Made by a program: the position numbers and the translations under genes. From Podarcis pityusensis (taxonomy: Eukaryota): a DNA stretch of 64,000 nucleotides. Below the pieces are notes generated by a model that was not told the DNA's origin, made no database searches, and saw only the letters and a list, made by a program, of their open reading frames with translations. Shown here piece after piece: positions 1 through 13,631 of this stretch. Each line of letters begins with the position of its first letter. The first letter of the stretch is position 1. The stretch is taken from the NCBI GenBank assembly GCA_964106645.2, contig OZ067042.1; one strand, written 5' to 3'.

Positions 1-1339
1 TGACGCTGCATTTATATTCTTAAACATTCACAATGCAATATATTATTCTGCAAAATGCAAACTAGTCAACATGTTGATTCCCATGATCCAAGGGTGTATA
101 ATTTCAAACTCTTTATTTTCAATTCCTTTCCTAATGATCCCTAGCATCGAACTTGCCTTTTTCACAGCTACCGCACCCTGTTAATTAGTATGGAAAAAGG
201 TATGCTGGAACTCACCAACAGCAATTATCATCATCATTAGGAACATGAGGCTCCATGGCCAATGAAAAAGAGATGTAAGGCCATTTCCAGGCTCACCTGG
301 AACTAAGTCACACTGAACCCATTAGGATTTATTCCCAAGTAAACAAGGATAGGGACTGAGTGCACATTAATTTAGAAAGAGGAAATTCAGATGATCTCTA
401 GAGAAACAAAAGGTTCCTCTTTCCGACCCTGCTCTTTAGGTAGCTTATAAATTATGGACAGTTAAAACCAGGTACTTTAGCCTAATTTGAAGCAGCATCG
501 TGTAAGGATACACAGCAGGGTCAAAAGCTCTGCTATAAATAAAGCACAACTGCCAGACGGTAGTATCAGGTGTTGAATATCTCTGAGTAGAAGGCGGCTA
601 CTGCCAAGGGATTTCACTCAAGCTATGTAATCACCAGGGGAACGGCACCCATCTAAGCCAAGTTGGCAAGATGGTTGAAAGGACTTTCACACAGGGTTAG
701 TTAAGTACACCAGTGACGGACAACTGCAGGGTCAAAAGAAAAGGGGAGAAGGAGAAGCAGCCCATATTAAAAAGGAAATTGGCTTTCCTTCCAACATCTA
801 CTCTGACCTCAAGTCCAAATGCACTAAGCTGGTTCTCACAGCGAAAGAACGCCTTTCATCCACTTTCTGTTTCCGTCCACTTTTATGTTTGGGACAAAAG
901 GCACCAACATAAAAACGCAGAGATGCATTGGCGCAAATGGGCCTCAAGCCGCTAGGATTTTGCAAGAACCACTCTCCCCACCACACCACCCCACACACGT
1001 TGCTAGTAACAAAAGCAACATACATATTTTTGCTAGAAGCCCATTACTCATAACTTTTGAACATTCTAAGGAGCTCAGCTATGACTTACAGAGGGCACAT
1101 TTTACAATGGCACTACCATGCTCGTTTCTAGTACTCTTGCTTCCTTCCTCCCACAGCTCTTAGGCTGGCCAGAAAGAGGTCCATCTCCATATTCCAACCC
1201 CCTCCTCCCGGTGCTGAATCTCTGGGCGCAGCACATGGGTCCATGCATGCATGCTGCTGCTGCTGGCCCTTGCCACCTGTCCCTTATTTCAAGGCACTGT
1301 CCCTTCCTTGGACGCAGGGCTCCTTTTCTTCCAAGTTCA

Positions 1340-2010
1340 TAAGCAATGCAATTCGTTACGTTCCTTGCTGTGCTGTCACCGCCTTGGGGCGCGCAGCACA
1401 GAGAGTGGCAGGAGGCGATGCTGCCCCGTTGCCCTTCTCCTGCCCCGAGCCACAAGCCGCCAAAACCGCGACCTCGCCCCCCACACCCCCCGGCCAGCAT
1501 CCCCGGCAGAGGCAGCACTGCGTTGGTCCAAGCCTCCCGCGCGCGCCGCCCCTCTTCCTTCTCCTCCCGCAGCGCCAGGCTCGCCTTACCCAGCAGCGCC
1601 CCTTCAACACGTTGCCTTCAACCCGCTGCTTCCAGGCTCAGCGCCGCCCGCCGGGGCACCTTGGGCAGCCGCGCCGTCTGCGGGGGGGACCCGTCCTTGC
1701 CAGCGGCGGCGGCGGCGGCACCCAGGGCTGCCTAATCGGGCCGCGGGCGCAGGCTCGCCGGCACTTGCTCTGGCGGACTGCCCGGCTGGACTGGCTGCCT
1801 CGCTAAAGCGGCCCCGGCAGGGGAGGGCGGGATGCTGACGCGATTTCCGGAGCGCCCGTTGCCATGGCGCCGGGGACACGCCGACCCGCCTCTCCCGGGC
1901 CGGGCTCGCGGGGAGGCGGCAGAGGCGCCTGGCTGATCGTGGAAGCTTGGGGGGAATCGTGGCCTGCTATTTTTAGAAGGGGGCGGCGGTGGTGAGGAGA
2001 TCAAGCAGGA
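1340..2010 (-). promoter_or_regulatory. CpG island / promoter, probably of GPAM (transcribed leftwards, divergent from TECTB)
   Basis: Very high GC and CpG density against an AT-rich background. GC box GGGAGGGCGGG ~1821-1831, CRE-like TGACGCGA 1836-1843, ETS CCGGAAAT (minus, 1843-1850), X-box-like GTTGCCATGGCGCC 1858-1871. Gene identity is inferred only from the conserved vertebrate order GPAM(-)-TECTB(+)-GUCY2G(-). Confidence 0.75.
1590..1830 (-). other. GPAM: Putative non-coding first exon of the minus-strand gene (likely GPAM); 5' limit approximate
   Basis: Strong minus-strand donor CTGG|GTAAGG (GT at 1589-1588) inside the CpG island, downstream of the motif cluster. No GPAM coding sequence is visible in the window. 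Confidence 0.45.
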
Positions 2011-2014
2011 AAGA

Positions 2015-2450
2015 GGGGATCGTAGAGTTGGAAGGATCCCAAGGTTAATCTAGTCCAGTGTTTCCCAACCTTCCGACCTTGTTTCCTTCCTGTGCTCCCC
2101 ATGGATGTAGGCAGGGGGGCAGCTGCCCCCCAAATAAGTAAAAATCAATACAAATCTGAGGTTCTGCCCTCCTGACAAAGACCTACCCCTTAACAAAAAT
2201 CCTGCCTGCTGGTGGGCATCCCTCTTACTCGCTTGTGATTGGTCAAGCAGGTAGCCTGCCCATCAGGATTTTTTTAATTTAAAAAATGTTGATTTCCCCC
2301 CTTCGCTTCTTACTTTCCTCTGTGGTCCCCTAGCCTCATGTTATCCCCCCTCCCATTTACACGATTTTCACCTGGGGGCACCGCAGGCAGCCATATGCTC
2401 CCCCCCCCCCCTTTAGGAAACGCTGGTCTAGCCCAACCCCCTGCAATGGA
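2015..2450 (-). mobile_element. CR1-like LINE 3' fragment interrupted by a hAT MITE (2056-2425)
   Basis: gtagagttggaagg...atctagtc|caaccccctgcaatg resembles a reversed squamate CR1 tail. The insert has termini CAGTGTTTCC...GGAAACGCTG and a degenerate 8-bp TSD ATCTAGTC/GTCTAGCC. Confidence 0.6.
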
Positions 2451-3864
2451 GGAATAACAATCCCTCCTCCCATCGCCTGCCGTGCAAGAAAGTGAAATGG
2501 GGGCAGGTCTCTCCCCCCCCCCCCAAGCTTTGAAGTAGGCAACTTCCCCTGCAGGCTCACTCCTCTGAGCCCTGCATCACGGATGGGGTGTAGCACAGAG
2601 CCTGCTTTGCATGACAACCTAAGGCGAGCCTGCTGGGTCACGCCATGGCCCCATGCTAGACTGCATCCTGTTCTCACAGTGCCCAACCAGATGCCTGTAG
2701 GAAGCCCGCAAACAGGACCCGGGCACAAAAGCACTCTTCCCCACCTTCTGGTTTGCAGACATTGGTATTCAGGAATACTGTTGCCTCCTTGTTTTAGCAC
2801 CCTTTCTGGGCACTGTGATAAGGAAGATGGGGTCCATAGTGATGCTTACAGATAAATACAAACCACAGCTGCTGCCTAGTCACTCTCCCTCTCTCGGCAG
2901 TGCTTATGGGGATGCAAAGAGCAGCTGCTCAACTTTTCAGTCATCTACACTCTCCCTCTAGGTGGTAGGGATTCGGGAAGAGGAAGAGGCAGAAGCAGTG
3001 ACTAACCCTTCAAGAAGCAGCATGCCCTGCTTGCTTGCTTGCTTGCTTCCTCACTCTGGATAGGCTTGTTGGCCCCAATGCTTCCTGCAGAATCAGCCAA
3101 AGCTGGAGGAAAAGCAAGCAGGCAGAGAGAGGGTGTGAGCAATAGGAGCCAGGAACTACACTCCGCCTCAGCACCAGATTTAGGGTGGTGTGAGTGGTTC
3201 CCCCACACAGGGTGCCAAGCCAAAGAGACACAAAATTCAGATGATCCATAACTGAGAATATCCATTTGAGGGTGCACAGGGTGCCATATTCCGAAAGGGT
3301 TACCAAAGTTCTCTCCTGTCTGCCTCCACAGTCAGAGGCAGCAATGCTTCTGAATACCAATTTCTGGAAGCCACAGAAGGGGAGAGTGCTCTTGCCCTCA
3401 AGTCCTACTTGCAAGTTTCACATAGACATCTGGCTGGCCACTGTGAGAATGGGATGCTGGACTAGGAGAGCAATTGGCCTGATCCAGCAACCTGTTCTTG
3501 TGGACAGCTATCACTTTGCTCAGTACCTTGCTGCTGAGAGAAAGAAATGCCGAGCAACTGTGTGGAAACAGCGGCTGCTCCAATGGCCTACTGACAACAG
3601 TCTGGGTCACCAACACCTGCCAGGCCCCCACTGCCCTTCATTGTTTCCAGCTACTAGCCACCACCACTATAATTCCCATGCATTACAACCACTTCATGTG
3701 TCTTTTGTGATCAAATCTGCCAGCATCTCTTATTTCATCTAAAAGGAGCTATAGAATGACACAATGACACTGATTTGTCATTATGTTAAGTGTCAGCCTA
3801 CTTTACTGAAGGCACACTTTTCTACATGTCTAGCATATCCATGCAGGAAAACAACATGCAGACC

Positions 3865-3995
3865 ACGGCTAACCAATGTTGTTGGACAACAGCTCCCATT
3901 GTCGTCCCTGGCCATAGGGCATGATGGGTGGGACTGATGGGAATTGTAGTCCAACAACTTCTGGAGGGCACCGTGTGGAGTATCCCCAAGATGGC
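3865..3995. mobile_element. Palindromic hAT-like MITE ('ggactacaactcccatcatcc' family)
   Basis: Internal inverted repeat; related copies at ~24110-24250, 36715-36835, 60310-60445 and 62230-62320. Confidence 0.6.
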
Positions 3996-6900
3996 TCATC
4001 ATCTCATGAGACATCATATACATTTTTTCATACATAAAAGCAATGGTATCCAGAGGGAAATGATCATATACAAGATAGCCTTTACTGTGAGTGTCAGAGG
4101 AATGTTACTGCAGAGGATGCAATATGTGTTTGTGGAGATAGCGTTGTTTCTTATAACAAATTCTACTGGGGAGTTACCCAAGCACAAATTGCACATTGAG
4201 TTAGCTGCATTATCTTTTTCTTCATTTTTTCACACTCTTATCAACAAAGTTACTGAGCAAACAACATAAAACTGTATGTGCCCTTGGAAAAAATCTCAGG
4301 AGCAAAGTGATCCTAAAAATAATATGTGTGCCTAAAAATCATAGGACCATTTGAGTATTTAATATTTAAGTAAGCATGCTCAGGATATTTCCCCCCTCAG
4401 ATCTGCCTTGTTTTAAGAAATCAGCTTAAACATTAAAAGTTATTAAAATGCAATATGAAGATAATGATAATATTTACAATTACATTTTACTGGCAGAATA
4501 ATTGCAGTTTAATGGCTGCCAAATGCCTATACTATTTCAATTATGTTTTTCATCAGTTTCTAAATGAAACTTTGCCCAATGGCACCTGTACTGGTGACCC
4601 AACTCTGGATATCCCAGACCTGGGGGGGGGGGGGGAGCTGTTTAATTTTTATAGAACTGTATGCACAAGTAAACAAGTAAACCATGCTGTGGTTTCATGT
4701 TTACATAAATGCTGGGTTAATGCTGCACCCAAATCATCCAGTAATACATGCTTAGGACAAATCCACATTTGTACAAAAGCAAGGACAGTCATCCATTTGA
4801 AGAGATGTCAAAGGATCGCATTCTATTAGAAGATGACCTAGATTTGACTGAAGTCAGGTTTAAAGATAAAGGACCATAGGAAGGGCAAGCAGTGACCTTG
4901 AAGTTGCCCATCAACAGTGAACACCTGGACAATAGCAAAGTACAGTACATAGATCACTTGGCCACAGTCTATTGACATTTACTTGTAAATTTGCATCTCT
5001 GCATATAAATTTGCACACAAACATTTTGGGCAAATCCGCACCCTCTTTTATCCTCCTTGGCAGTATTAAAGCAGCCACTCTTTCTGTAACTGAAACAATA
5101 TATTCTCCCTGTTTACCACTGCCTGCTCTTCTGTCCCCTATTTCAAATTAAATTGTAAGCTACTTGGAGCAAGGATCTCTTTTTTGCTCTGTAAAGCAAG
5201 TTGGTGGCACTATATAAGTGACAATAATTAAAGGCGGGGACATGATCAGTTATCCTGCCATCGTTAAGAATCATGAATGTAAGTTAAAAATGATGCTTTT
5301 ATTTCCCTGATGTGCCTGTGTGTGCGCATGTGAACACACCCACCAACTATATTTTAACTGGCAGTAGCTTTTCATTTGGGGGGGGTTAGATTAGATAGCA
5401 GATTTTGATAACAATGCCAGTTAAGGATATAAAAATGTTCTTTTCTGTATAATACGCTACATTCAGCAATGTTCTAGTCTGTGAATTAATTTTTAATGTT
5501 TTCCTCTCTGAGGCGATGGTGTTCTTGTTGTTATTGTTTTCCTTTTTGGCAGCTTTATTCATGGGAGAATAAATTTCCTTTGAAGTGAATGGTTGCCAGC
5601 AATGGTGTACTTACAAAAGATGAAATCCATTAAAAGCTTTGGACAAGAAATCCCTCCGTGTATGTAAAAAGGCCTCCATTTTGTATTCAGAGTGTGTGTG
5701 TGTGTGCACGCGCACGTGCAATGTTGCTATGGAGTTGAGGAAATGAGAATAGTTTTAGAATGTGCCTAAAGGCATTGGCTTCTAGGACTGCATGATTTCT
5801 TTAAAAAAGAAGAATCAAACAACATAGTCTTTTGATGCCACTTAAAGCTGTATTCTGTTTTTATTGAAGTGATTTAGATTTTTGACATTAGCCTTGGTAG
5901 AAGTTATCTTAAAAAATGTCATTTCCCCCTTCACCTATCTTTTAAATTGAATATGTTTTCAGGGTTCAGTTGGTATACATGTATTTTGAGTTTTGTAGAA
6001 AAATTGCAATCTTTTTTGTGGTCATGTGGTGGCCATGTGCCAGGTTATATATAAGAGCTAATGTAAGCATAAAATTGCAACTGATCTGTCTCATGCAAAC
6101 AAATGATTGCACCTAATATCTGCCACCTACTCTGTTTCTAGCAATTTCCACCTAACTACTTTCACAAGAAAAAACAAAGACACATTTACAGAAGAATACT
6201 GTACGCTTGTTTGTTTGTTTGTTTGTTTGTTTAAAAATGAAAGTTAAAAGAAACTTTTAAGCTAAGGCACTGTTCAGAAACCAAAAATGCTACAGAGAAG
6301 GCAAGTGAAGGAAGGAGTCAAATCCACAAAGGATCTTTTGTTTCCTTTGACCAAGTTTGCCCTCCCAAGAATACAAACAAGCTGGTCTATTTGGCAGTAG
6401 AAAGCTCCAATAGCAATATTATTGCATTTTGTATATATTATATTAGGGACATTTGCAGATTTAGAGAGCTAGTCTATTGCCTGATAAGGCTTCATGACAG
6501 TAATAGTTCAGCTATCTGTTGTACCCTCTTAGATAAATTATTTCATTTCTACTTGAAAACAAATAGAACATTTATGAAGCCCATATTCATTTTGTCATGG
6601 TTTAGAGGTGGAAGAAGTCCAAACATTATCTCAGCTCAATAATGATGGGAATAGAGAGCTCATTCAGGTTATGTTCTAAATGCTTTTATTTGTTTCTTAT
6701 TTTGCATTAGTACAAAAGGGATTCAATATTACTGGGTTTTTGGATTAATCAGCTATTCAAACTTGCAATCACAGCATTGTCTGCCTGTTAATTCATTACT
6801 ACTAAAGCACATTTACAAAGTCCATGATTGCAGACTTCTCCATAGTTACTGCTGGGAGGTGGTTGCTTGGAATATAGCAGGATTGGCAGGAGATGGGGAC

Positions 6901-9829
6901 TGCACCATCCATTTGAGCTTTCCCAATATGCTGATCTTCCTTTTTTTAAAAAAATATGTTTTCTGACTGACAGAAACACTTGAAAAAACCCAAATGTTTT
7001 TCAAGACAAGCCCAGAAGGGATCCACGCATCGTTAACTCCAAGTCAAACTCAGAAGTATGCAAGGCATTTTGCATTTCCACATACCCAAACTCAATTTTG
7101 TTGACAGACGAAACTTCATGGCATAGCCTACATAGATAGTTGGAATTGTGGAGAGCTCATTCCAAGCAACAGGGAAGTAATCAAACACACCTTCTAATTA
7201 CTTCCTGGCTCCAGTCGATACAAAGACTGCAATTTCCCAGCTCTGGATTGTGACCAAGACACAGTCATGGATTTGGAATCAATCACTATTGAATAGTGAA
7301 TCATCAGAACCTCAGACCATTCAATGGCAAAATCGTACAGTGATCCATGCCACCACACCCAAGTTGGAAACAAGTCCATCAAGAGGAGATAGAATGCCAT
7401 GATAATGCTAAATCCAAACTGAGCCAGGACTTGAGGTTGTTATGGTTACTGTCAAACTCATGAAGCTTTCCATTCTAGATACTAGATGTTGGAGGGGTTT
7501 TGGATGGGCTAGATACTGTATGGCCTTCTGCCTATCCCTGCCCAGCTGTAATCATGGGGAGAACCCAAAAACAGCCACCCAAATGGGAGATGGGCAGAAT
7601 CAACCAGTGGCATCATCCCCAGCAGCTATCAGGAACTCTCAAAACAGGGCACTTCAGGGTAGGGCTGGGCTGGGCTCGGATAGGATGTGATTGCAAAGAC
7701 CCTGATTAGGGTCTCTTTGCTGTGCTAGCATGGGAGCTAGCTCAGTAAAGGGATATTATTCCCTGTCCGACTTTCTGTGCTGGCTGGCACAAATGGCAGC
7801 ATTGGAGCTGCCCAGAGTAGCTGGGGCAACCCAGTCAGATGAGTGTGGTACAAGTAATAAATTAGTAGTAGTAGTAGTAGTAGTAGTGGCTACAAGTCCT
7901 GCCACTACCAGCCATTCATCTGGATTGGTAATGATCAGCAAATCCTGCAGTCTCATGCATAGATGATATATGAAATGTGTTGATGCACTTCATGTATCTT
8001 TTTAATTAAAAAAAAAGTTAAAATGGCAACACAGAGGCCACCATTCTGGGAATGGGGACCACTGCATCAAGGGAAGGGAACTAACCACCATTGCCAGTCT
8101 GCCATGCCATGCCACAGAATTGCCACTTGCGAAACTTCTGTTTGCTTAGGAAATCTGAGTGAGGGCATCTGCTGTTGGCTGCCTTTCCAGCTTTGTCTTC
8201 CTGAACAGCTCTTCTCACAGCTGCCACCGTGCTGTAGAAAATGAGAGGCTCACATAAATAAGGAAGCAGGCAAAAGCAACAGTAATGTTGGGAAACAAAC
8301 ACTCAGGTTTGTAACCACAGTGGTACAGCTAGAGCTGGACCTTGCGGCTGATGCCCAGGACCCAACAATCCAGGGGCTGCCTAGATGACCATTTGGAGAA
8401 CAACATAATTGTGGAGGGGGGAGGATATAGCATGGCAAACAGGCCCTGCATCAGCCCCTGTGCTGGCATGCACATCCCAGGGCATTGGTCATTACAGCAT
8501 CCTTATGATCCTTTTTTCAAAAACACATTTTATACTCGTGGATTGGTCTGCCAGACATGTACATGGTTACAGATGTTCATTTTATTATTTTTATTCTGAG
8601 AATATATTATCCTCTTCCCAGTGCTATTGTTCTAGAAAAAGAGTTGCCGGAACTCACCATAAACACCTCCCTTGTTCTCTTATAATGACAATGATACCCA
8701 CCTGAAAGGTGCCAGAACTGAGTTCTAGCAGAAAAAAGCCCTGCATACACATATAATATATATTGCTATTCTTTGTAACCACCTGAACCAACTAAAATTG
8801 CTTTTTACACCCTTCCCATTTTCACAGACAATATTGAGTTGAGCTTTATTTTCTATATATTTTCGCTTTTCTGTCACACACAACATTGATGGTGCTTCTC
8901 TAAACCAGGCAATAGAATGCATGTGATTATCTCCATGACACTTGGAATGCTTCTGGCACTGATTTCATAGCACTCAATTAATTGCTTTTAATGCTTGTTC
9001 AGGCACAGATTTAAATGACACTGGAGGGAACAATCAAATTGATTAATCCTCTGAATCTGCTAAGCTTCTTGAATACATTACTACAGTCATTTCAATTTAG
9101 CAAAGGAAAAAAGGAAAATATCTTGGCATTGTTTGGATCTTAACAGCACAGGCAGCTCAAATGTAGATATCTAATTATTTACTCCACTTTCTATTTATTT
9201 TTCTGTCCCTTCAAATTTACTAAATTGCATTACCCCATGCTGACTGTTTCACATTCACCGTGTTAGACTGGATCCCAATTCAACCTTAAATTCAGATTCT
9301 CATTTTAGATACTGTTAAATTATGACTCTGAGTCTTTGTTTACAAGAATATGACTTGTGTTTCATTTCAAGTTACAGAAACAAACCCTAAAACATTTTAT
9401 ATCTTGTGTCATATAGGAATTCTAATGGAAAGCATAATTCTTCTTTGCAAATTCATAACAAAAAGGGAGATATAACATCATTAAATGTTATGATTTAATA
9501 TGAAATCTATGGTTTTCCCAATCATAACTGTCATTAAATTCGTTTGGTATATGTGTAGGTCAATTTACTTGAATTTCAAAGCGATAAAATTATTTTAAAT
9601 GGCCATGTCTGTTAGAAAAAAGCTAAAGGGTACAATTAGGTTGGTAACATCTCTTTTAAAACATGTTTGAAATAAGCAGTAATTTATTAAATAAATCTAA
9701 AGTTCTGTCTGAGAATGAAGAACCCATGAAATAAAGACTCTGACTAGTGCATTCCATGTCTACCCAAAAGAAAGCTGTGTTGCTTTCAATGGGACTTATT
9801 CCCAGGTAGGCATATATAGCAGAATCAGG

Positions 9830-10215
9830 ATCCTCAGGCCTGGAAGTCAACTACAGTCTGCCAAGCCTCTCCACCTACTCTTCCCAGGTTTTGCCCCAAC
9901 CTCGGCCGCACATTGCTGCTACTAAGTGGCCCTGCTCCATTATCTCCTTGAGTGCTTTTATATTTCTGGAATGTATCATTGAACTGTAGTAATGCCTTTT
10001 GTTTACTTGGATGGATGGCAGATGGAAAGATATTTTTATGTGGAAACCTCTGGCTTTTGTGCGGCTGGAATGTAGCCTCCTGTACAAAGGTAAGAATCAC
10101 ACCTGTTGCTCCACCCACTTCCGCCTCTGGCTCTGCTCATCACAGATGGGAAGCCCCTGGCAAGTTGTTCATGAGAAGTGGTCTTCAAGCTGAAAAAACG
10201 GTTTCCCAGCCTTGG
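9830..10215 (+). mobile_element. Dispersed repeat, probable non-autonomous DNA transposon
   Basis: Core ggaatgtagcct..caaaggtaagaatcaca recurs at ~33425-34105 (+) and ~44490-44870 (-). Confidence 0.55.
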
Positions 10216-12129
10216 TGTATAGGTTCACAGTCTAAGTGCTTCCTCTCTCAGAAACAACAACAACAACATGAAAATATATCCTTTTCGAAAGGTAAGGGCT
10301 ACTAAAAAGGGAAGGAAAAGTGCAAAGCAAACAAAACAAACCCTACTTTGTGCAATTTCATGAAAGAAGGTGACCATACAATGAGGAACTGTCCCATTCT
10401 AACTGTTACCAACAAGCTGAAAATCACACACACACACACACACACACACACAACCTGGGGCAAGAGAAGGATCATGATTCTAGTGTGCCAATGAAAGTAG
10501 AGAGAAATATTCAGTAGAATTTTGTGACTTGGGAAAACTAGACACCTTTTTTCTCTTATCTGTAGCCATTCTTGAAACGAGTGTGAAGGTTGATGTTCAT
10601 ATTTCATAGGAAAACTAACAGAAGATGGAAGTTTGTGGAGGCAGAGGAAATGTCATTACCAAAGCACTGAATAACTATGATATTTAAAACGACTGAGGGG
10701 AAGCATTATAACTTCTGCTGGATTCTTCTTTATTCTGAATTCCACTTTGTAAGCATGAACAAATCCACTTGATATTTGGAATTTTGGGAAGTTACTTGAA
10801 GACTCCCAGTGCTCTTCAACCTGTATTTTCCACCCCTTAAGGGCCGGGGCATCACTCTAGCAGTGTGGAAAAGTACAGCAGATACACCATAGAGATGGGA
10901 AGAGGGCAACCTAATCCCCACACCCCCATGTGGTTCAATTGCTGCTGGTGGTGTTCTCAGTACAGTTTCACACAAACCCCATCATTCTTCTGCCAGTCCT
11001 CAAGTTCATTTTATTTTATTTAAAAACCTGCAATTGGAGTTTTGTTTGTTTTACTCTAGGTATAGGCTGCTCACTATCCCACATATCTCAAAGCAAGAAG
11101 GGGGGGGGGAACCAAAACACACATATATGTAGATTATTACCTGGACATAGAACAAACTAGAAATGTGATTGTTTTCTTTGATTTGCTAAAAGCCATGCCA
11201 AGTCTTCTCCCACCTTGTAGAGTTAGTTAAGTGAAAGAGAGGGCTGTTACATTACATCAGTTCTGTACCTACGTCAACAGCTCAGCTATACCCCTTAGTC
11301 CAGGGGGGTTACAGGCTGGGATTCAGTCCTGCCTGAAAGATTACTGTTGACCTCCAGGAAAAGTATGGAAAAGGGGAAGCCACAAGCTACAGACTTCTAA
11401 TGAACTTAAGCTCTTTGTTCTTCTTACTGCTTCTCCCTCAGAGAGCTCCTGAGCTGCTGCTGCCTCCCAGTGTTGAGCAGAAGGACCTTATGAAGACAAC
11501 TAGGTTGCCCTTGTGAAAGAGTAACTTCCTTGGGATTTGTGCCCATTTTGCTGGCACAACCTGCTTTTCCAGGAAAGGCTAATCAATCTTGGGTGTGGTT
11601 TGGATGCACTACGGCTGTCGGGTGGGGGGGAGGAGGAGACCTGCCTTGCACATAGTATTGTGTCCTGTTCTGATTCCTTAATAAATCTTACTTCTAATCT
11701 ATTCCTGAGTCCAAAGCATATACAGCTACATTGGTTGTTGTACCACCCAATTCTAAACACTAAGTTACTTAAGATTTAAGTACTCTTGAGTGTGTGTTTA
11801 GGAGCACAGCCTAACATGTTTTGATCTTATAAGTTTCTAATAAAAGTTATATTGTAACAGGAGCAGCCAGGGGACCTGGGAAAGCTGAAAAATCTCTTTC
11901 GATTATGTTGAGATAATCCCGATTTGCCTGTTTAGAGCCCATTCTCACGGGGGGGGGGGGTAACATTTCTTTTCCTATTATGGATTAGGGTTTGTTTTGT
12001 TTTGTTTTTTAAGGTTGTTCCAGTTCCCTTGACATACGCTTGATCATCCCATATATCAGAAATGACTTGTTCCCAGAATGGCACTCCCAGCATGGGCTAC
12101 CCAGTATATTCAAAGACTTTCTGGGTATT

Positions 12130-12554
12130 AGCGGCAGCTAGACTGGTGACTGGGCGCGGCCGCCGAGACCACAAAACACCAGTCTTAAAGCCCTAAATGG
12201 CCTCGGCCCAGTATACCAGAAGGAGTGTCTCCACCCCCATCATTCTGCCCGGACCCTGAGGTCCAGCACCAAGGGCCTTCTGGCGGTTCCCTCACTGCAA
12301 GAAGTGACGCTACAGGGAACCAGGCAGAGGGCCTTCTCTGTAGTGGCACCTGCCCCGTGGAACGCCCTCCCACCAGATGTCAAGGAAATAAACAACTATG
12401 ACGTTTAGAAGACATCTGAAGGCAGCCCTGTTTAGGGAAGTTTTTTATGACTGGTGTTTTAATGTATTGTTAATCTTTTGTTGGAAGCCACCCAGAGTGG
12501 CTGGGGAAACCCAGCCAGATGGGCAGGATATAAATAAAAAAAAATTATTATTAC

Positions 12555-12591
<37 letters not shown>
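12130..12591 (+). mobile_element. L2-clade LINE 3' fragment with (TAT)n tail
   Basis: Degenerate RT C-terminal remnant, then ...cccagagtggctggggaaacccagccagatgggc.ggatataaata and (TAT)n. Same family as the insert at 31197-31430. Confidence 0.75.
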
Positions 12592-12592
<1 letters not shown>

Positions 12593-12636
12593 GTGGGCAA
12601 GTGACCATCTTGAAATAGTTCTGCCCTAAACAGGAT

Positions 12637-13631
12637 GACCTTGATGGCAGAAAGTGAGAAGGAATTAAAGAACCTTTTAATGAGGGCCTGAAGCTCGACA
12701 TCAAAAAAACTAAGATCATGGCCACTGGTCCCATCACCTCCTGGCAAATAGAAGGGGAAGAAATGGAGGCTGTTATGTACTGATGTTCTCACCCTGGGCC
12801 AGCAGGGGGATACTGTAGATAGTTATGCAAATGAAGGATCGAAAGTGACGTTCTGTGATTGGATAGTTTTAGAAAGTCACAACAGTTACAATTGTTCTGG
12901 AGCTCTATATAAGCAGGCTGACTGAGCTCCTCAGTTAGTTCTGTTCTGGCATCTGAATAAAGAAGAGCTGTTTGAAGAATCGCTGTGTCGTCTGATATGT
13001 TCACCCACAACTTAACAGAGGCAGTGAGAGATTTTACTTTCTTGGGGTCCATGATCACTGCAGATGGTGACAGCAGTCACGAAATTAAAAGACACCTGCT
13101 TCTTGGGAGAAAGGCGATGACAAACCTAGACAGCATCTTAAAAAGCAGAGACATCACCTTGCCGACAAAGTTCCGTACACTTAAAGCTCTGGTTTTCCCA
13201 GTAGTGATGTATGGAAGTGAGAGCTGGACCATAAAGAAGGCTGATCGCCGAAGAATTGATGCTTTTGAATTATGGTGCTGGAAGAGACTCTTGAGAGTCC
13301 CATAGACTGCAAGAAGATCAAACCTATCCATTCTGAAGGAAATCAGCCCTGAGTGCTCACTGGAAGGACAGATCGTGAAGCTGGGGCTCCAGTACTTTGG
13401 CCACCTCATGAGAAGAGAAGACTCCCTGGAAAAGACCCTGATGTTGGGAAAGATGGAGGGCACAAGGAGAAGGGGACGACAGAGGACGAGATGGTTGGAC
13501 AGTATTCTTGAAGCTACCAATATGCGTTTGACCAAACTGCGGGAGGCAGTGGAAGACAGAACTGCCTGGTGTGCTCTGGTCCATGGGGTCACGAAGAGTC
13601 GGACACGACTAAACGACTAAACAACAACAAC
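12637..13631 (+). mobile_element. BovB (RTE) LINE, 5'-truncated, interrupted by a solo LTR
   Basis: Nearly identical to the 3' third of the BovB at 29981-33406 (…ESWTIKKADRRRIDAFELWCW…VHGVTKSRTRLND). (CAA)n tail; 9-bp TSD AAACAGGAT at 12628-12636 and 13632-13640; internal stop and deletion. Confidence 0.93.
12771..13017 (+). mobile_element. Solo LTR (247 bp) nested in BovB
   Basis: TGTTA...TAACA termini; 5-bp TSD GAGGC (12766-12770, 13018-13022); TATATAA 12906-12912; AATAAA 12956-12961. BovB is collinear across the insert. Confidence 0.88.

Noticed and set aside
1102-2004. Overlapping 130-195 aa ORFs on both strands
   Set aside because: Pro/Arg/Ala/Gly-rich frames expected from stop-codon scarcity in a CpG island; no recognisable domain.
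2236-2243. Inverted CCAAT as the GPAM NF-Y site
   Set aside because: It lies inside the hAT insertion (2056-2425), so it is unlikely to be the ancestral promoter element.
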